Shown: in pieces, positions 1-12,725 of the stretch
Layout: the number at the start of each line of letters is the position of its first letter
How positions within the stretch are numbered: position 1 is the first letter of the stretch
Assembly (NCBI GenBank): GCA_002269645.1
Contig: NIVC01000965.1
Coordinates: 43,952-107,951 of the forward strand
Source: Macrostomum lignano
Taxonomy: Eukaryota
Length of the DNA: 64,000 nt
Reading direction: 5' to 3'
Translations under genes and position numbers: made by a program
The notes under the pieces: model-generated
Told to the model about the DNA's origin: nothing
Database searches by the model: none
What the model saw: only the letters and a program-made list of their open reading frames with translations

Positions 1-1236
1 ACCTGAAGCAACTGAACCCTCCACCTGAAGCAACTGAAATCCCCACCTGAAGCTACTGAAATCCCCACCTGAAGATACTGAAATCCCCACCTGAAGCAAC
101 TGAACCCTCCACCTGAAGCAACTGAACTCTCCACCTGAAGCAACTGAAATCCCACCTGAAGCAACTGAACTCCCATCTGAAGCTACTGAAATCCCCACCT
201 GAAGCTACTGAAATCCCCACCTGAAGCTACTGAAATCCCTACCTGAAGCTACTGAAATCCCCACCTGAAGCTACTGAAATCCCCACCTGAAGCTACTGAA
301 ATCCCACCTGAAGCTACTGAAATCCCACCTGAAGCTACTGAAATCCCTACCTGAAGCTACTGAAATCCCCACCTGAAGCTACTGAAATCCCCACCTGAAG
401 CTATTGAAATCCCCACCTGAAGCTACAGAAATCCCCACCTGAAGCAACTGAACCCTCCACCTGAAGCAACTGAAATCCCCACCTGAAGCTACTGAAATCC
501 CACCTGAAGCTACTGAAATCCCCACCTGAAGCTACTGAAATCCCCACCTGAAGCTACTGAAATCCCCACCTGAAGCTACTGAAATCCCTACCTGAAGCTA
601 CTGAAATCCCTACCTGAAGCTACTGAAATCCCACCTGAAGCTACTGAAATCCCCACCTGAAGCTACTGAAATCCCCACCTGAAGCTACTGAAATCCCCAC
701 CTGAAGCTACTGAAATCCCCACCTGAAGCTACTGAAATCCCCACCTGAAGCTACTGAAATCCCCACCTGAAGCTACTGAAATCCCCACCTGAAGCTACTG
801 AAATCCCCACCTGAAGCTACTGAAATCCCCACCTAAAGCTACTGAAATCCCCACCTGAAGCTACTGAAATCCCCACCTGAAGCTACTGAAATCCCCACCT
901 GAAGCTACTGAAATCCCCACCTGAAGCTACTGAAATCCCCACCTGAAGCTACTGAAATCCCCACCTGAAGCTACTGAAATCCCCACCTAAAGCTACTGAA
1001 ATCCCCACCTGAAGCTACTGAAATCCCCACCTGAAGCTACTGAAATCCCCACCTGAAGCTACTGAAATCCCCACCTGAAGCTACTGAAATCCCCACCTGA
1101 AGCTACTGAAATCCCCACCTAAAGCTACTGAAATGCCCACCTGAAGCTACTGAAATCCCCACCTAAAGCTACTGAAATCCCCACCTGAAGCTACTGAAAT
1201 CCCCACCTAAAGCAACTGAACTCCCCACCTAAAGCA
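1..1236. repeat. 22-bp minisatellite CCCCACCTGAAGCTACTGAAAT (intronic)
   Basis: More than 50 tandem units, ending 18 nt before the acceptor at 1254. Confidence 0.97.
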
Positions 1237-1254
1237 GTCAATTTCCCCCCTCAG

Positions 1255-1624
1255 ATTCTCCTCGGCCAAAAGTTCGGCCTGCCGCTGCTGCCCCGACGGC
1301 TGCCCAGCCGCGCCTTCGAGCTGATCCGCGCCACCCTGCGCGCCCACCGGAACCCGCTGACGGCGCAGTACCACATCCTAGACTCCTGGTACCGCCGCGA
1401 CGAGAACGCCGAATGTCCTGACGGCGACACCGAGCACGTGCTGCTTCCAGCCAGCCGCCAGCTGCCGGACATTGTCGGCGAGGATCCCGAAGCCAAAGCG
1501 TCGGCATTAGCCGAGTGGAAATTCACGGCCAGGCTGTTGGCAAATCTGTTTAAGATCGGGGTGGGCATCTGCCTGCGGGAGGGCACCATGGACGATCAGA
1601 CCGCGTTCGAGATCCTCACCTTTG
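1255..1624 (+). CDS. NWD-like exon (N-terminal region)
   Basis: cctcag|ATT CTC CTC GGC CAA (ILLGQKFGLPLLP...EILTF); donor G|gtaagg. Confidence 0.85.
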
Positions 1625-4600
1625 GTAAGGCGAACTCTTGCGGCTGCCATGAGGCAGTGGTTCGCTTTTGACGTCCAGAGTTAAATTAGGGCATGTCAAT
1701 GGCTTCCTAATTAGTATCAATCAGCTTCTGTCTAAGAGAACGCCGGTTTCTATTAGTTACCTTTTACAGAAGCCTCAAATTTCAAATTAATGCATGCACT
1801 TCTAGACGGGTTCGGCTACCATGTCTGGCTCAGGGGAACACATGGACACTAATGACACTAAGACATTGAGACACAGAGACACTCGACTCTATGCATTGAG
1901 ACACTGGACAGTCAAGGCACTGGGGACTCCGAGATACTAAGATAATTGAAGATGCTATGGACAATGAGATACAAAGATACAAAGCACTTAAGACACTACG
2001 AGCTAAAAACACTTAACTCTAAAGGAACTCTAAAGACACTCTAAAGACTCTAAAGATACTAAAGGCACACTAAAGACACTCTAAAGACACACTAAAGACA
2101 CACTAAAGACACACTAAAGACACTTTAAAGACACTCTAAAGGCACTCTAAAGACACACTAAAGACACACTACCCGGTAAAGACACTCTAAAGGCTCTAAA
2201 GGCAGTCAAGCAGCTGAAAGTCAGCCAGAGCAGATATTTTGACAATAAATTTAAAGCAGATTTGAAATTGGCAGACCGCCAAAACGTGGTGCAGAAGAGA
2301 GCAACCAACTCTGCCTGAGGGGCTGCAAGCAGTTTAGAAGCAGTCTGAGCGGAAAGCCAGTTGAGAAGAAGCGAGAATCCCCAGCCCAGCTCAGCGCTGG
2401 GCGAGAGCAAACCGGAGCAGACAAGAGACGAGAGGACAGCGAGATGACATAAAAGCCTGAAGAAGGATGTCTTATAGACAAAATCCTGGCCTGATCTCGC
2501 ACAAAGCTTGCCCACCCATATAATCTATTTGGTCAGTTGGGTGCAGAGAAATCTCCTCAGCTAATATCCTGTCTCGCGCAGCTCTTTAAGAGGAAGTTTT
2601 TAATCCGGTGGAAGACATAAAAATATGATTCCAGCGCTGCGAATTCCAGGCTTAAAAGGGATTAAACCTGCCGCTCTGTTATCCCAATATTAATCAGTTC
2701 GATTAGTATTTAACAGTTTCCCATGTCTCTTCAGAAATTCAGAAATTCAAACCAAGAGACGATGGAATTTGCATGGCATGTTTGCAAATTTTGTCTTAGA
2801 GACTGTTTCGCTGTTCAGACATTGTTTGATTCAGAATTTCAGTCAGATGGATCTTAGCCATCTACTTAAAGCTTGAGAAAGTGCACCAGATAGATCTAAA
2901 GGTCTAGAGACTTAGAGGCTTAGACAGCTACTACATGTAGATCTAGAGGCTGTCAGTTACATCTAAAGGCTGTCAGTGTTAATAATAAGGTTGTCAGCTC
3001 TACAATGTCAGTTAGACCTAGAGACTGTCAGCTTGATCTAGAGGCTGCTATTTAGATATAGAGACTATCAGTTATACATAGAGATTATAGATTTACATCT
3101 AGAGACAGTCAGTTAGATCTAAAGGGCGTCTATTAAATCTAGAGACTGTCACTTAGATCTAAAGGTGATCAGTTAAATCTCTAGAGACTGTCAGATTTAG
3201 AGACTGTCTATTGTATCTGGACACTGTCAGTTAGTTACAAAAAGCTTGGAGAAACCCTATGTAGATCTAAAGATTCAAATCGCGCTAAATCCAGTCTTGC
3301 AGAAGCTCAGATAGACACCATGCAGTGTCTAAAAACGAGTCCATGAAGCTGGGTAGTGGAATTAATCAGCCTTTGCAAGTCAGTATACAATGCAGCAGTG
3401 GTGAACACGAATCGATATAGTTGCTTTTATTCTTAGTACCTGCTTCGCTTACTTTGTATTGCATATTTCTAACATAGTTCTGTCGAAAATTTCTCCAAAC
3501 TAGCAAGCCCCAGTCTCTGTATGCATTTATTAATTAAAACGTTACAGCAGTGTCCACACGAGCGACACTGCTTGCTCACAGATTAACTTACTTTCCCCAG
3601 AACTTCTTCCCTCAATATTTTTCTCAAAGCAACTGGAGTCTCCTGAGCCGCAAGCATCGGTCAAGATAAGCATACCTGACAGAGTGAGTGGCTGCTCGGA
3701 CTTTAAACAAACTGATTCTGCCAAACGATAGATCAGTCACAAATTGACTGCTTTCCTAATACACAGCGGCTGGCCCGGGCTCGGAGTCGCTCATTTCCAA
3801 GGGGCTGGGAAACGTTTGGCTGTTGCGTGCACTTTTTCATGATTGACGCATTCAATTCTAGCTACCCTCACCCCACTCAACCCGCACCCCACTCAACCCT
3901 CACCCCACTCAACCCTCACCCCACTCAACCCTCACCCCACTCAACCCTCACCCCACTCAACCCTCACCCCACTCAACCCTCACCCCAGTCAACCCTCACC
4001 CCACTCAACCCTCACCCCACTCAACCCTCACCCCACTCAACCCTCACCCCACTCAACCCTCACCCCACTCAACCCTCACCACACTCAACCCTCACCCCAC
4101 TCAACCCTCACCCCACTCAACCCTCACCCACTCAACCCTCACCCCACTCAACCCTCACCCCACTCAACCCTCACCCCATTCAACCTTCACCCCAGTCAAC
4201 CCTCACCCCAGTCAACCCTCACCCCAGTCAACCCTCACCCCACTCAACCCTCGCCCCCAAATAGTCATTGCCAGCTACAACTGTTAGCACACTTTGCACC
4301 AAATCGCCCACCACATTAACCGACACCATCCAGAGCTGGACGCCGGTATCTCGCACCTGTTGAGCCACTCCGACCTGACCCAGTTCCGTCCTATCGTATT
4401 CGAGCGCGACATAATTGACTTGAAAAACTACCTGAACGAGCCAAAGGCGGATCTGTACACTGACGTTGAGCTTGACGAAGAGAACGATCGTTTCCTGATC
4501 GACAAAAGCCTGGCTGACCTGCTCCAGGAGCTCAACGATCGTTTAACCACCTACGCTAGCGTTGATCGCCAATTCTCCGTCCTGTGGCGCTTTCCAGACG

Positions 4601-7600
4601 GCATCGACAAGCGCCTACACGAAGAATACCTCGGCGACTTCTGCGAAGCTTTCATCGAAGCTGCCAAGACAGCCGTCGAGAGTCGGCTAGCTGGAAAACA
4701 GATGCACGCCGACAGCGAGGTTGTCCGCGTCTTTGACGACGCCTGGACCAGCTTGGAGCATTGCCGACTGCTTGCTCCGTTCAGCCTTCGACAGGAGGCC
4801 ACTATTGAGGCCGTGGTTGAATACTGCGTGGACTTTTCGGCCAGGCAGAACTATACCTATCTACTGTTGGGCGGCCAGAACACTGGCAAGATGCCCGCTA
4901 TTGCTCAGGCTTTTATTGAGGTGAGGTTGACTGGCTTGATTAGTCATCCGATGCAGATGTGATTAGGGTTGGGGTGAGGGTTGAGTGGGGTGAGGGTTGA
5001 GTGGGGTGAGGGTTGAGTGGGGTGAGGGTTGATTGGAGTGAGGGTTGAGTGGGGTGAGGGTTGAGTGGGGTGAGGGTTGAGTGGGGTGAGGGTTGATTGG
5101 AGTGAGGGTTGAGTGGGGTGAGGGTTGAGTGGGGTGAGGGTTGATTGGGGTGAGGGTTGATTGGAGTGAGGGTTGAGTGGGGTGCGGGTTGAGTGGGGTG
5201 AGGGTTGAGTGGGGTGAGGGTTGAGTGAGGTGCGGGTTGAGTGGGGTGAGGGTGGATTGGATTGAGGGTTGATGGGGTGAGGGTTGAGTGGGGTGAGGGT
5301 TGAGTGATGTGCGGGTTGAGTGGGGTGAGGGTGGATTGATTGGATTGAGGGTTGATGGGGTGACGATCGGGAAATTTGTACAGACAGAAAAGCAGCACAG
5401 ACACAGATACAGTAAACAGGAAATGAAATTAGCAATAGGACAAAATAAGCAATTATCCCATTGAGTTTTATGGGCGATGAGGGATCAGCACTGCGTCTGT
5501 TTTAATAAGCTGAAGCTAATTAGTCATGCCTAAATTCATTTTTTCGGCTGCATCACTTATTGATATTGCTATTGCCATTCCCTTGTGCCATGTAATTTCC
5601 TTTTGCGGTAAGCAGAAATTACCTATGAAGAATTGAGCGCACCAGACATCCCACATGGCGAGTCTATCAATTTTCAGCTAGATAGCTGGATTTTTCAAAA
5701 AAATTCTGTACAAAAGTATTTGCTATAGTTGCAGTTTATTTTGATGCAAAAGTAGTCAATCAATTTTCATCCAATATCTAGATAGCTATTGCTTATTTTA
5801 AAGTATTTTAAAGGGTCCCGTCCAACAATCGTAAAAACTCCTAGTATAACTAGCAATACCATGCATATTGGGCTAATATTCATTATTTATTATTTATTAT
5901 TAATGACAGTCACGTTATATCAAAATTAATGACATTACGATCACAGATACTACTTCCTGGCTAATGCTAAAAATCAAATTAGAAATTAGAATTTTGTTTA
6001 AACGAGATAACAAAGCTAAATTAAACAAAATTATAATATACTTACTAAAAATATTAATTATTATATGGTACACTAAACCTGATATACTAAACTAAAACAA
6101 ACTATATTATAAATAATAAGTCACAGATTCATCCTATCATTGCACTATATTTTAGTTTTGTTTTGTGAATTACAAAACATTGATTTATAAAGTACTATTT
6201 TCCAGAGCACATATATATTATATATTGCAATAGCTATGTAGCCACTAGTTACTCAGTAAGTCGTGTAAATGAGTAAGTTGAGCGATCGAGTCTTCGTGCT
6301 CCTGCAACTGGATTTAAGCTTTATAAGCCAAGATAGGATAGGAAGTAGGTAGTAGGGAAGGAATGAGAAGATGCAGCTCATATTTCTGATATTACAAGCT
6401 CACTCAAGCTACGGGAGAAAGAGAAAAAAGCGACTGCCTAAGAACTCCGGTTAGCTAATGCTAAAAAATTTGTATCTTTTGCTGTTCTTTCTTTTCATAG
6501 TGAATACAGTAGTACACAATGCACTAGAATCAACGACGGCAAACTGCCCTCCTCCTCCCTCCGACAGATTCAGCAGCGCCTCTGCGAGTCCCCCGTCGGC
6601 GTCCTGATCCCGCGCGTTGTGATGTTCGAACGGCGCCTCTCCGACCTGACGGCCAGCCTCTTTAACCAAATTCGCACCTGCTGCCGGCTGGACACCGGCG
6701 GCGTAGTTGCCACGGGCGCTGGCGCCAACTCAGCCGAGCAGACGGCGCCGCCGCCACGCAACCTGCAGGAGCTCGTGGACCGGCTGTCCGGCGCCGGGCC
6801 CGTAGTGCTGCTCATCGCTGGCGCCGAGCGCCTCGTCGACGACGCCGGCGACCGCCTGCCGCCGCAGTCGTTGGTGCCGGCGCCGCGGGGTCCGCCGTCC
6901 AACGTGAAGCTGGTGCTCACTGCGCTAGACGAGGCCGGAGGCAGTGTGCTCAGCCTGGCCGGGCCGCATCTCCGCGTGCTGCACATCGGGCCGCAGACGG
7001 CCGACGCCTACCGAGAGTTCGCCAGGCACTACTTGGCCGAGAGGAGCCGCCGGCTCACGGCAGAGCAGTGGCGCTGGGCTGAGCAGCGGCTGGCCGGCCT
7101 GGAAAGCATGTTCCACGCCTCGCTGCTGTGCGACCGGCTGGCCCGGCTGGCCTCCGGCGACGACCCGGCCGACCTGCCGGCGAGCAGCGGCCTGGCCGAC
7201 CTGCTGGACGCGGAGTTCGACCGGCTCGAAGCCAAATTCGGTCGCATCGCCGTGTCGCACGCGTTCGCCTACGTCAGCCTGTCGGGCGGCGGCCTCACGG
7301 ACATCGAAGTCAAGGACCTGCTTTCGCTGGACGATGCCGTCCTAGACGAGATGCTCGTCCCAATCGAAGACGGCGTCCGCCAGTTTCCCAGCTCCGTGTG
7401 GCTGCTGATGAAGCAGGAGGTCCGCCTGCTCATTCACGAGGCTTCATTCGACGGCTACTTCGTGAACTACTGGGCCAACGGCGACGTCGAGAGCGCCGTG
7501 GCCGCTCGCTACCTGAGCTCCGACGATTTGCGCAAGTCGCTGCACTTCACAATGGCCGACTATTTCCTGGGCACCTGGCACGGCGTCAGCAAGCCGGTGT

Positions 7601-10600
7601 CCACCGTCTCCTCGGCTGACGATGTCAGCTCGGCGGACCGGCTGATGCCAACCCAGAAGCTGATGTACAGCATCGAAGGCGAGACTGGCGGCAGCGTCAC
7701 CTCCGGCGGCGGTCAGCAGGGCAGTTTCTACAACGAGCGCAAGTTCCGGCAGCTGCCGCGTCATCTGTTCCTGTCCGACCGCGTGCCCGAGCTCAACAAT
7801 CTGGTGCTGTTCAGCTACGACTGGCTCTACTACAAATCCGCCGCCCTCGGCCTGGAGGAGACGCTGCGAGATTTCCAACTCGTGCCCAGCAACACGGAGG
7901 TGTCCCTGGTTGAGGAGACAATCAGGAAAGCGTTCGACATTCTTGGCGACAATTTGAACAACTTGGCTGCGGAGCTGTCTGGCAGCCTGGTGCTGTACAG
8001 TCACGAGTACAAGAACATAAAGAACCTGGTGCGCCAGGCGGATGTGCGCGGCTGCCAGCACAATATATTCGTGCCCTGCTATTCCTATGCCAAACTGCCA
8101 GGCAGCGCGCTCCAATCTACCGTAGAATGCCCGTCCAATCTGCAGTCGATGCACCTGAGCTCCGAGACGGCTACGCTTTACGTGAAATTGAAGGACGACG
8201 TGTCCCTGTACAAGTACGATCTGGAACGGGGCACCATGCTGGGCGAGGCTCGCACGTCCAGCGGAGAGCTGCACCTGTCAGCTGACGAGCGGTACGCCGT
8301 GATGGTGGACGACAGGAAGCGGAGCCATCTCAAGGTGAGATACAGAGGTCCGAGAGGGAGATACTGAGATTGAGAGTGAGATTCTACGATTTGAGAGTAA
8401 GATGCTAAGATTCCAGAGTGAGATACTAGATTCGAGAGTGAGATAAAACTCCGAGCGAGATGAGAAAATCTGAAAGCGAGACACGGAAGCAACGCGGAGA
8501 GTAAAACAATGGAATCTGAGAGTAGAACAATGGAATCTGAGAGTAGAACAATGGAATCTGAGAGTAAAACAATCGAATCTGAGAGTAGAACAATCTAATC
8601 TGAGAGTAAAATAATGGAATCTGAGAGTAAAACAATCGAATCTGAGAGTAGAACAATCGAATCTGAGAGTAAAACAATCGAATCTGAGAGTAAAACAATC
8701 GAATCTGAGAGTAAAACAATCGAATCTGAGAGTAAAACAATGGAATCTGAGAGTAGAACAATGGAATCTGAGAGTAAAACAATGGAATCTGAGAGTAAAA
8801 CAATCGAATCTGAGAGTAAAACAATTGAATCTGAGAGTAAAACAATGGAATCTGAGAGTAAAACAATGGAATCTGAGAGTAAAACAATGGAATCTGAGAG
8901 TAAAACAATGGAATCTGAGAGTAGAACAATGGAATCTGAGAGTAAAACAATCGAATCTGAGAGTAAAACAATGGAATCTGAGAGTAAAACAATCGAATCT
9001 GAGAGTAAAACAATGGAATCTGAGAGTAGAACAATGGAATCTGAGAGTAAAACAATGGAATCTGAGAGTAAAACAATCGAATCTGAGAGTAAAACAATTG
9101 AATCTGAGAGTAAAACAATGGAATCTGAGAGTAAAACAATGGAATCTGAGAGTAAAACAATGGAATCTGAGAGTAAAACAATGGAATCTGAGAGTAAAAC
9201 AATGGAATCTGAGAGTAAAACAATCGAATCTGAGAGTAAAACAATGGAATCTGAGAGTAAAACAATGGAATCTGAGAGTAAAACAATGGAATCTGAGAGT
9301 AAAACAATGGAATCTGAGAGTAAAACAATGGAATCTGAGAGTAAAACAATGGAATCTGAGAGTAAAACAATCGAATCTGAGAGTAAAACAATGGAATCTG
9401 AGAGTAGAACAATGGAATCTGAGAGTAAAACAATGGAATCTGAGAGTAAAACAATGGAATCTGAGAGTAAAACAATGGAATCTGAGAGTAAAACAATTGA
9501 ATCTGAGAGTAAAACAATGGAATCTGAGAGTAAAACAATGGAATCTGAGAGTAAAACAATGGAATCTGAGAGTAAAACAATCGAATCTGAGAGTAAAACA
9601 ATGGAATCTGAGAGTAAAACAATCGAATCTGAGAGTAAAACAATGGAATCTGAGAGTAAAACAATGGAATCTGAGAGTAAAACAATGGAATCTGAGAGTA
9701 AAACAATGGAATCTGAGAGTAAAACAATCGAATCTGAGAGTAAAACAATGAAATCTGAGAGTAAAACAATGGAATCTGAGAGTAAAACAATGGAATCTGA
9801 GAGTAAAACAATGGAATCTGAGAGTAAAACAATCGAATCTGAGAGTAAAACAATAAAATCTGAGAGTAAAACAATCGAATCTGAGAGTAAAACAATGGAA
9901 TCTGAGAGTAGAACAATGGAATCTGAGAGTAAAACAATGGAATCTGAGAGTAAAACAATGGAATCTGAGAGTAAAACAATGGAATCTGAGAGTAAAACAA
10001 TTGAATCTGAGAGTAAAACAATGGAATCTGAGAGTAAAACAATGGAATCTGAGAGTAAAACAATGGAATCTGAGAGTAAAACAATCGAATCTGAGAGTAA
10101 AACAATGGAATCTGAGAGTAAAACAATCGAATCTGAGAGTAAAACAATGGAATCTGAGAGTAAAACAATGGAATCTGAGAGTAAAACAATGGAATCTGAG
10201 AGTAAAACAATGGAATCTGAGAGTAAAACAATGGAATCTGAGAGTAGAACAATGGAATCTGAGAGTAAAACAATCGAATCTGAGAGTAAAACAATCGAAT
10301 CCGAGAGTAGAACAATAGAATCTGAGAGTAAAACAATGGAATCTGAGAGTAGAACAATGGAATCTGAGAGTAAAACAATGGAATCTGAGAGTAAAACAAT
10401 CGAATCTGAGAGTAGAACAATGGAATCTGGGAGTAAAACAATGGAATCTGAGAGTAAAACAATGGAATCTGAGAGTAAAACAATGGAATCTGAGAATAGA
10501 ACAATGGAATCTGAGAGTAAAACAATGGAATCTGAGAATAGAACAATGGAATCTGAGAGTAAAACAATGGAATCTGAGAGTAAAACAATGGAATCTGAGA

Positions 10601-12683
10601 GGGTTGTACAAAACTCCGTGAGTGAGACAGCCAGACACAAATGGCAAAGCCAGCTAGAGGACACTGATGAGATATGCAGAAAATTTGAAATTCAGATCAA
10701 TCCAGACTAGCAAACTCAATTTAAATGCGGGAGAGCACATCATCACTGAGTGGCCTAAAAGCAAGGTTTTAACTTAAACGTTTCATAAAATCCTAGTATC
10801 AATACATGTATATGGCAGAAAAATATGAAATCGATCCTCCATTAAAAGCTTCAAATCCAAATTTCGATGCCACATCTCCAGACTTAAATCCAACCCAAAT
10901 CAATACCAAATCCTTAGTACTGAATGATAAATTCTAACTTAAAAATCTCATATCTCGAACCCTGAATTCCAAATTCCAAATCCCAAATCCTAACTCCTAA
11001 ATCCCAAATCACAAATCCCAAACCATCATACCGATGCCAAATCTCAAATCCCAAATACTAAATCCCAAATCCCGAATCCCAAATACTAAATCCCAAATCA
11101 CAAATCCCAAACCATCATACCGATGCCAAATCTCAAATCCCAAATACTAAATCTCAAATCCCAAATCCCAAACCATCATACCGATGCCAAATCTCAAATC
11201 CCAAATACTAAATCTCAAATCCCAAATCCCAAATACTAAATCCCAAATCACAAATCCCAAACCATCATACCGATGCCAAATCTCAAATCCCAAATACTAA
11301 ATCCCAAATCCCAAATCCCAAACCATCATACCGATGCCAAATCTCAAATCCCAAATACTAAATCTCAAATCCCAAATCCCAAATACTAAATCCCAAATCA
11401 CAAATCCCAAACCATCATACCGATGCCAAATCTCAAATCCCAAATACTAAATCCCAAATCCCAAATCCCAAATACTAAATCTCAAATCTGAAATCCCAAA
11501 CCATCATACCGATGCCAAATCTCAAATCCCAAATACTAAATCTCAAATCCCAAATCCCAAATACTAAATCTCAAATCTCAAATCCCAAACCATCATACCG
11601 ATGCCAAATCTCAAATCCTAAATCCAAGTCAAATCATAAGTCCCTAATCCCAAGTCTCAAATCCCAGGTCGCAAATTCCAAATCGCAAATCCCAAGTCGC
11701 AAATTCCAAATCGCAAATCCCAAGTCGCAAATCCCAAGTAGCAAATCACAAGTCTCAAACCCTAAGTCTCAAATCCAAAGTCTCAAATCCCAAGTCTCAA
11801 ATTCCAAATCCTAAATCCCAACTCCCGACTCCTAACTCCTAACTCCTAAATCCCAAATCCTAAATCCTAAAACTCAGATTCCAACTCCTAAATCTCTAGC
11901 CCTAAATTTCTAATCCCTGATCGTAAGAATTTTGCAAAACTGAGTTCTTGTGCTACGGGTAAAATGCAGCCAAATTACCGTAAAATAACCGCCGTCCTCG
12001 AACTCAGGTTCACCTCTGCTCGGATGGCTCCTTTGTGGGGCACATCCTGCCGTTGAATTGGATCGACACCATGCCGTTCGAGGAGAAGAGCATGTTCCGC
12101 ATCACCAAAGTTCGAGTCTCTCGCCGACTAGTTGCTTGCATCGTGGCCTCGCGAATGTCCTCCGTGATCATCGCCGACTTGGCCACCTGCCAGCCCATTC
12201 ACGTGTTCAAACCGGACCGGCGTGCGGCGCTGTGCGACATCACCCCCGATGAGCGGTTCATCTTCACAAATAATGGGGAGCAGGTACGGAGCGGCGTCGA
12301 AGATAGGGCGGATTTTGCTGTTGCAATGAGCTGCTGGAGCGGTTTCCAGCTAGCGTATTATCTGGTCGCATGTAGATGGTTAGTTATTAAGTAGTTGTAG
12401 CCTAGTGGTTGGAGCGTCCAACTCACGACTTGAAGGTCGGGCGTTCGATTCCCGATCCCACAGGAACAATTTGTGTCCTTGAGCAGGACACTTAATTCTG
12501 CATTGCTTCAGTTTACCCAGCTGTAAAATGGGTAACAAGCATTAGCTGGGGTAATTGAGGGTGTGTGTGACAACCCCCCAGTCCTTGGACTGAACAGCCG
12601 TACGCAGCCTTCAGATGCGCCGCGCAATAGCTGCGACTGAGCTGTCGGTTGCACATCTGGCCCGATTGGGGCAGGTGTAATCA

Positions 12684-12725
<42 letters not shown>

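Noticed and set aside
2147-2515. 122-aa and 83-aa minus-strand ORFs
   Set aside because: No recognisable domain or splice context; partly built from a degenerate repeat.
8278-10710. Overlapping 300-790 aa ORFs on both strands (MESESKT / LRFHCFT / FYSQIPL / SDSIVLL repeats)
   Set aside because: Translations of a 21-bp intronic minisatellite that happens to lack stops in most frames; it sits between canonical splice sites of the NWD gene.
12391-12460. tRNA gene (also 36170-36245 and 43336-43408)
   Set aside because: A and B boxes are present, but cloverleaf pairing is poor and each continues into a repeat body; these are SINE heads.
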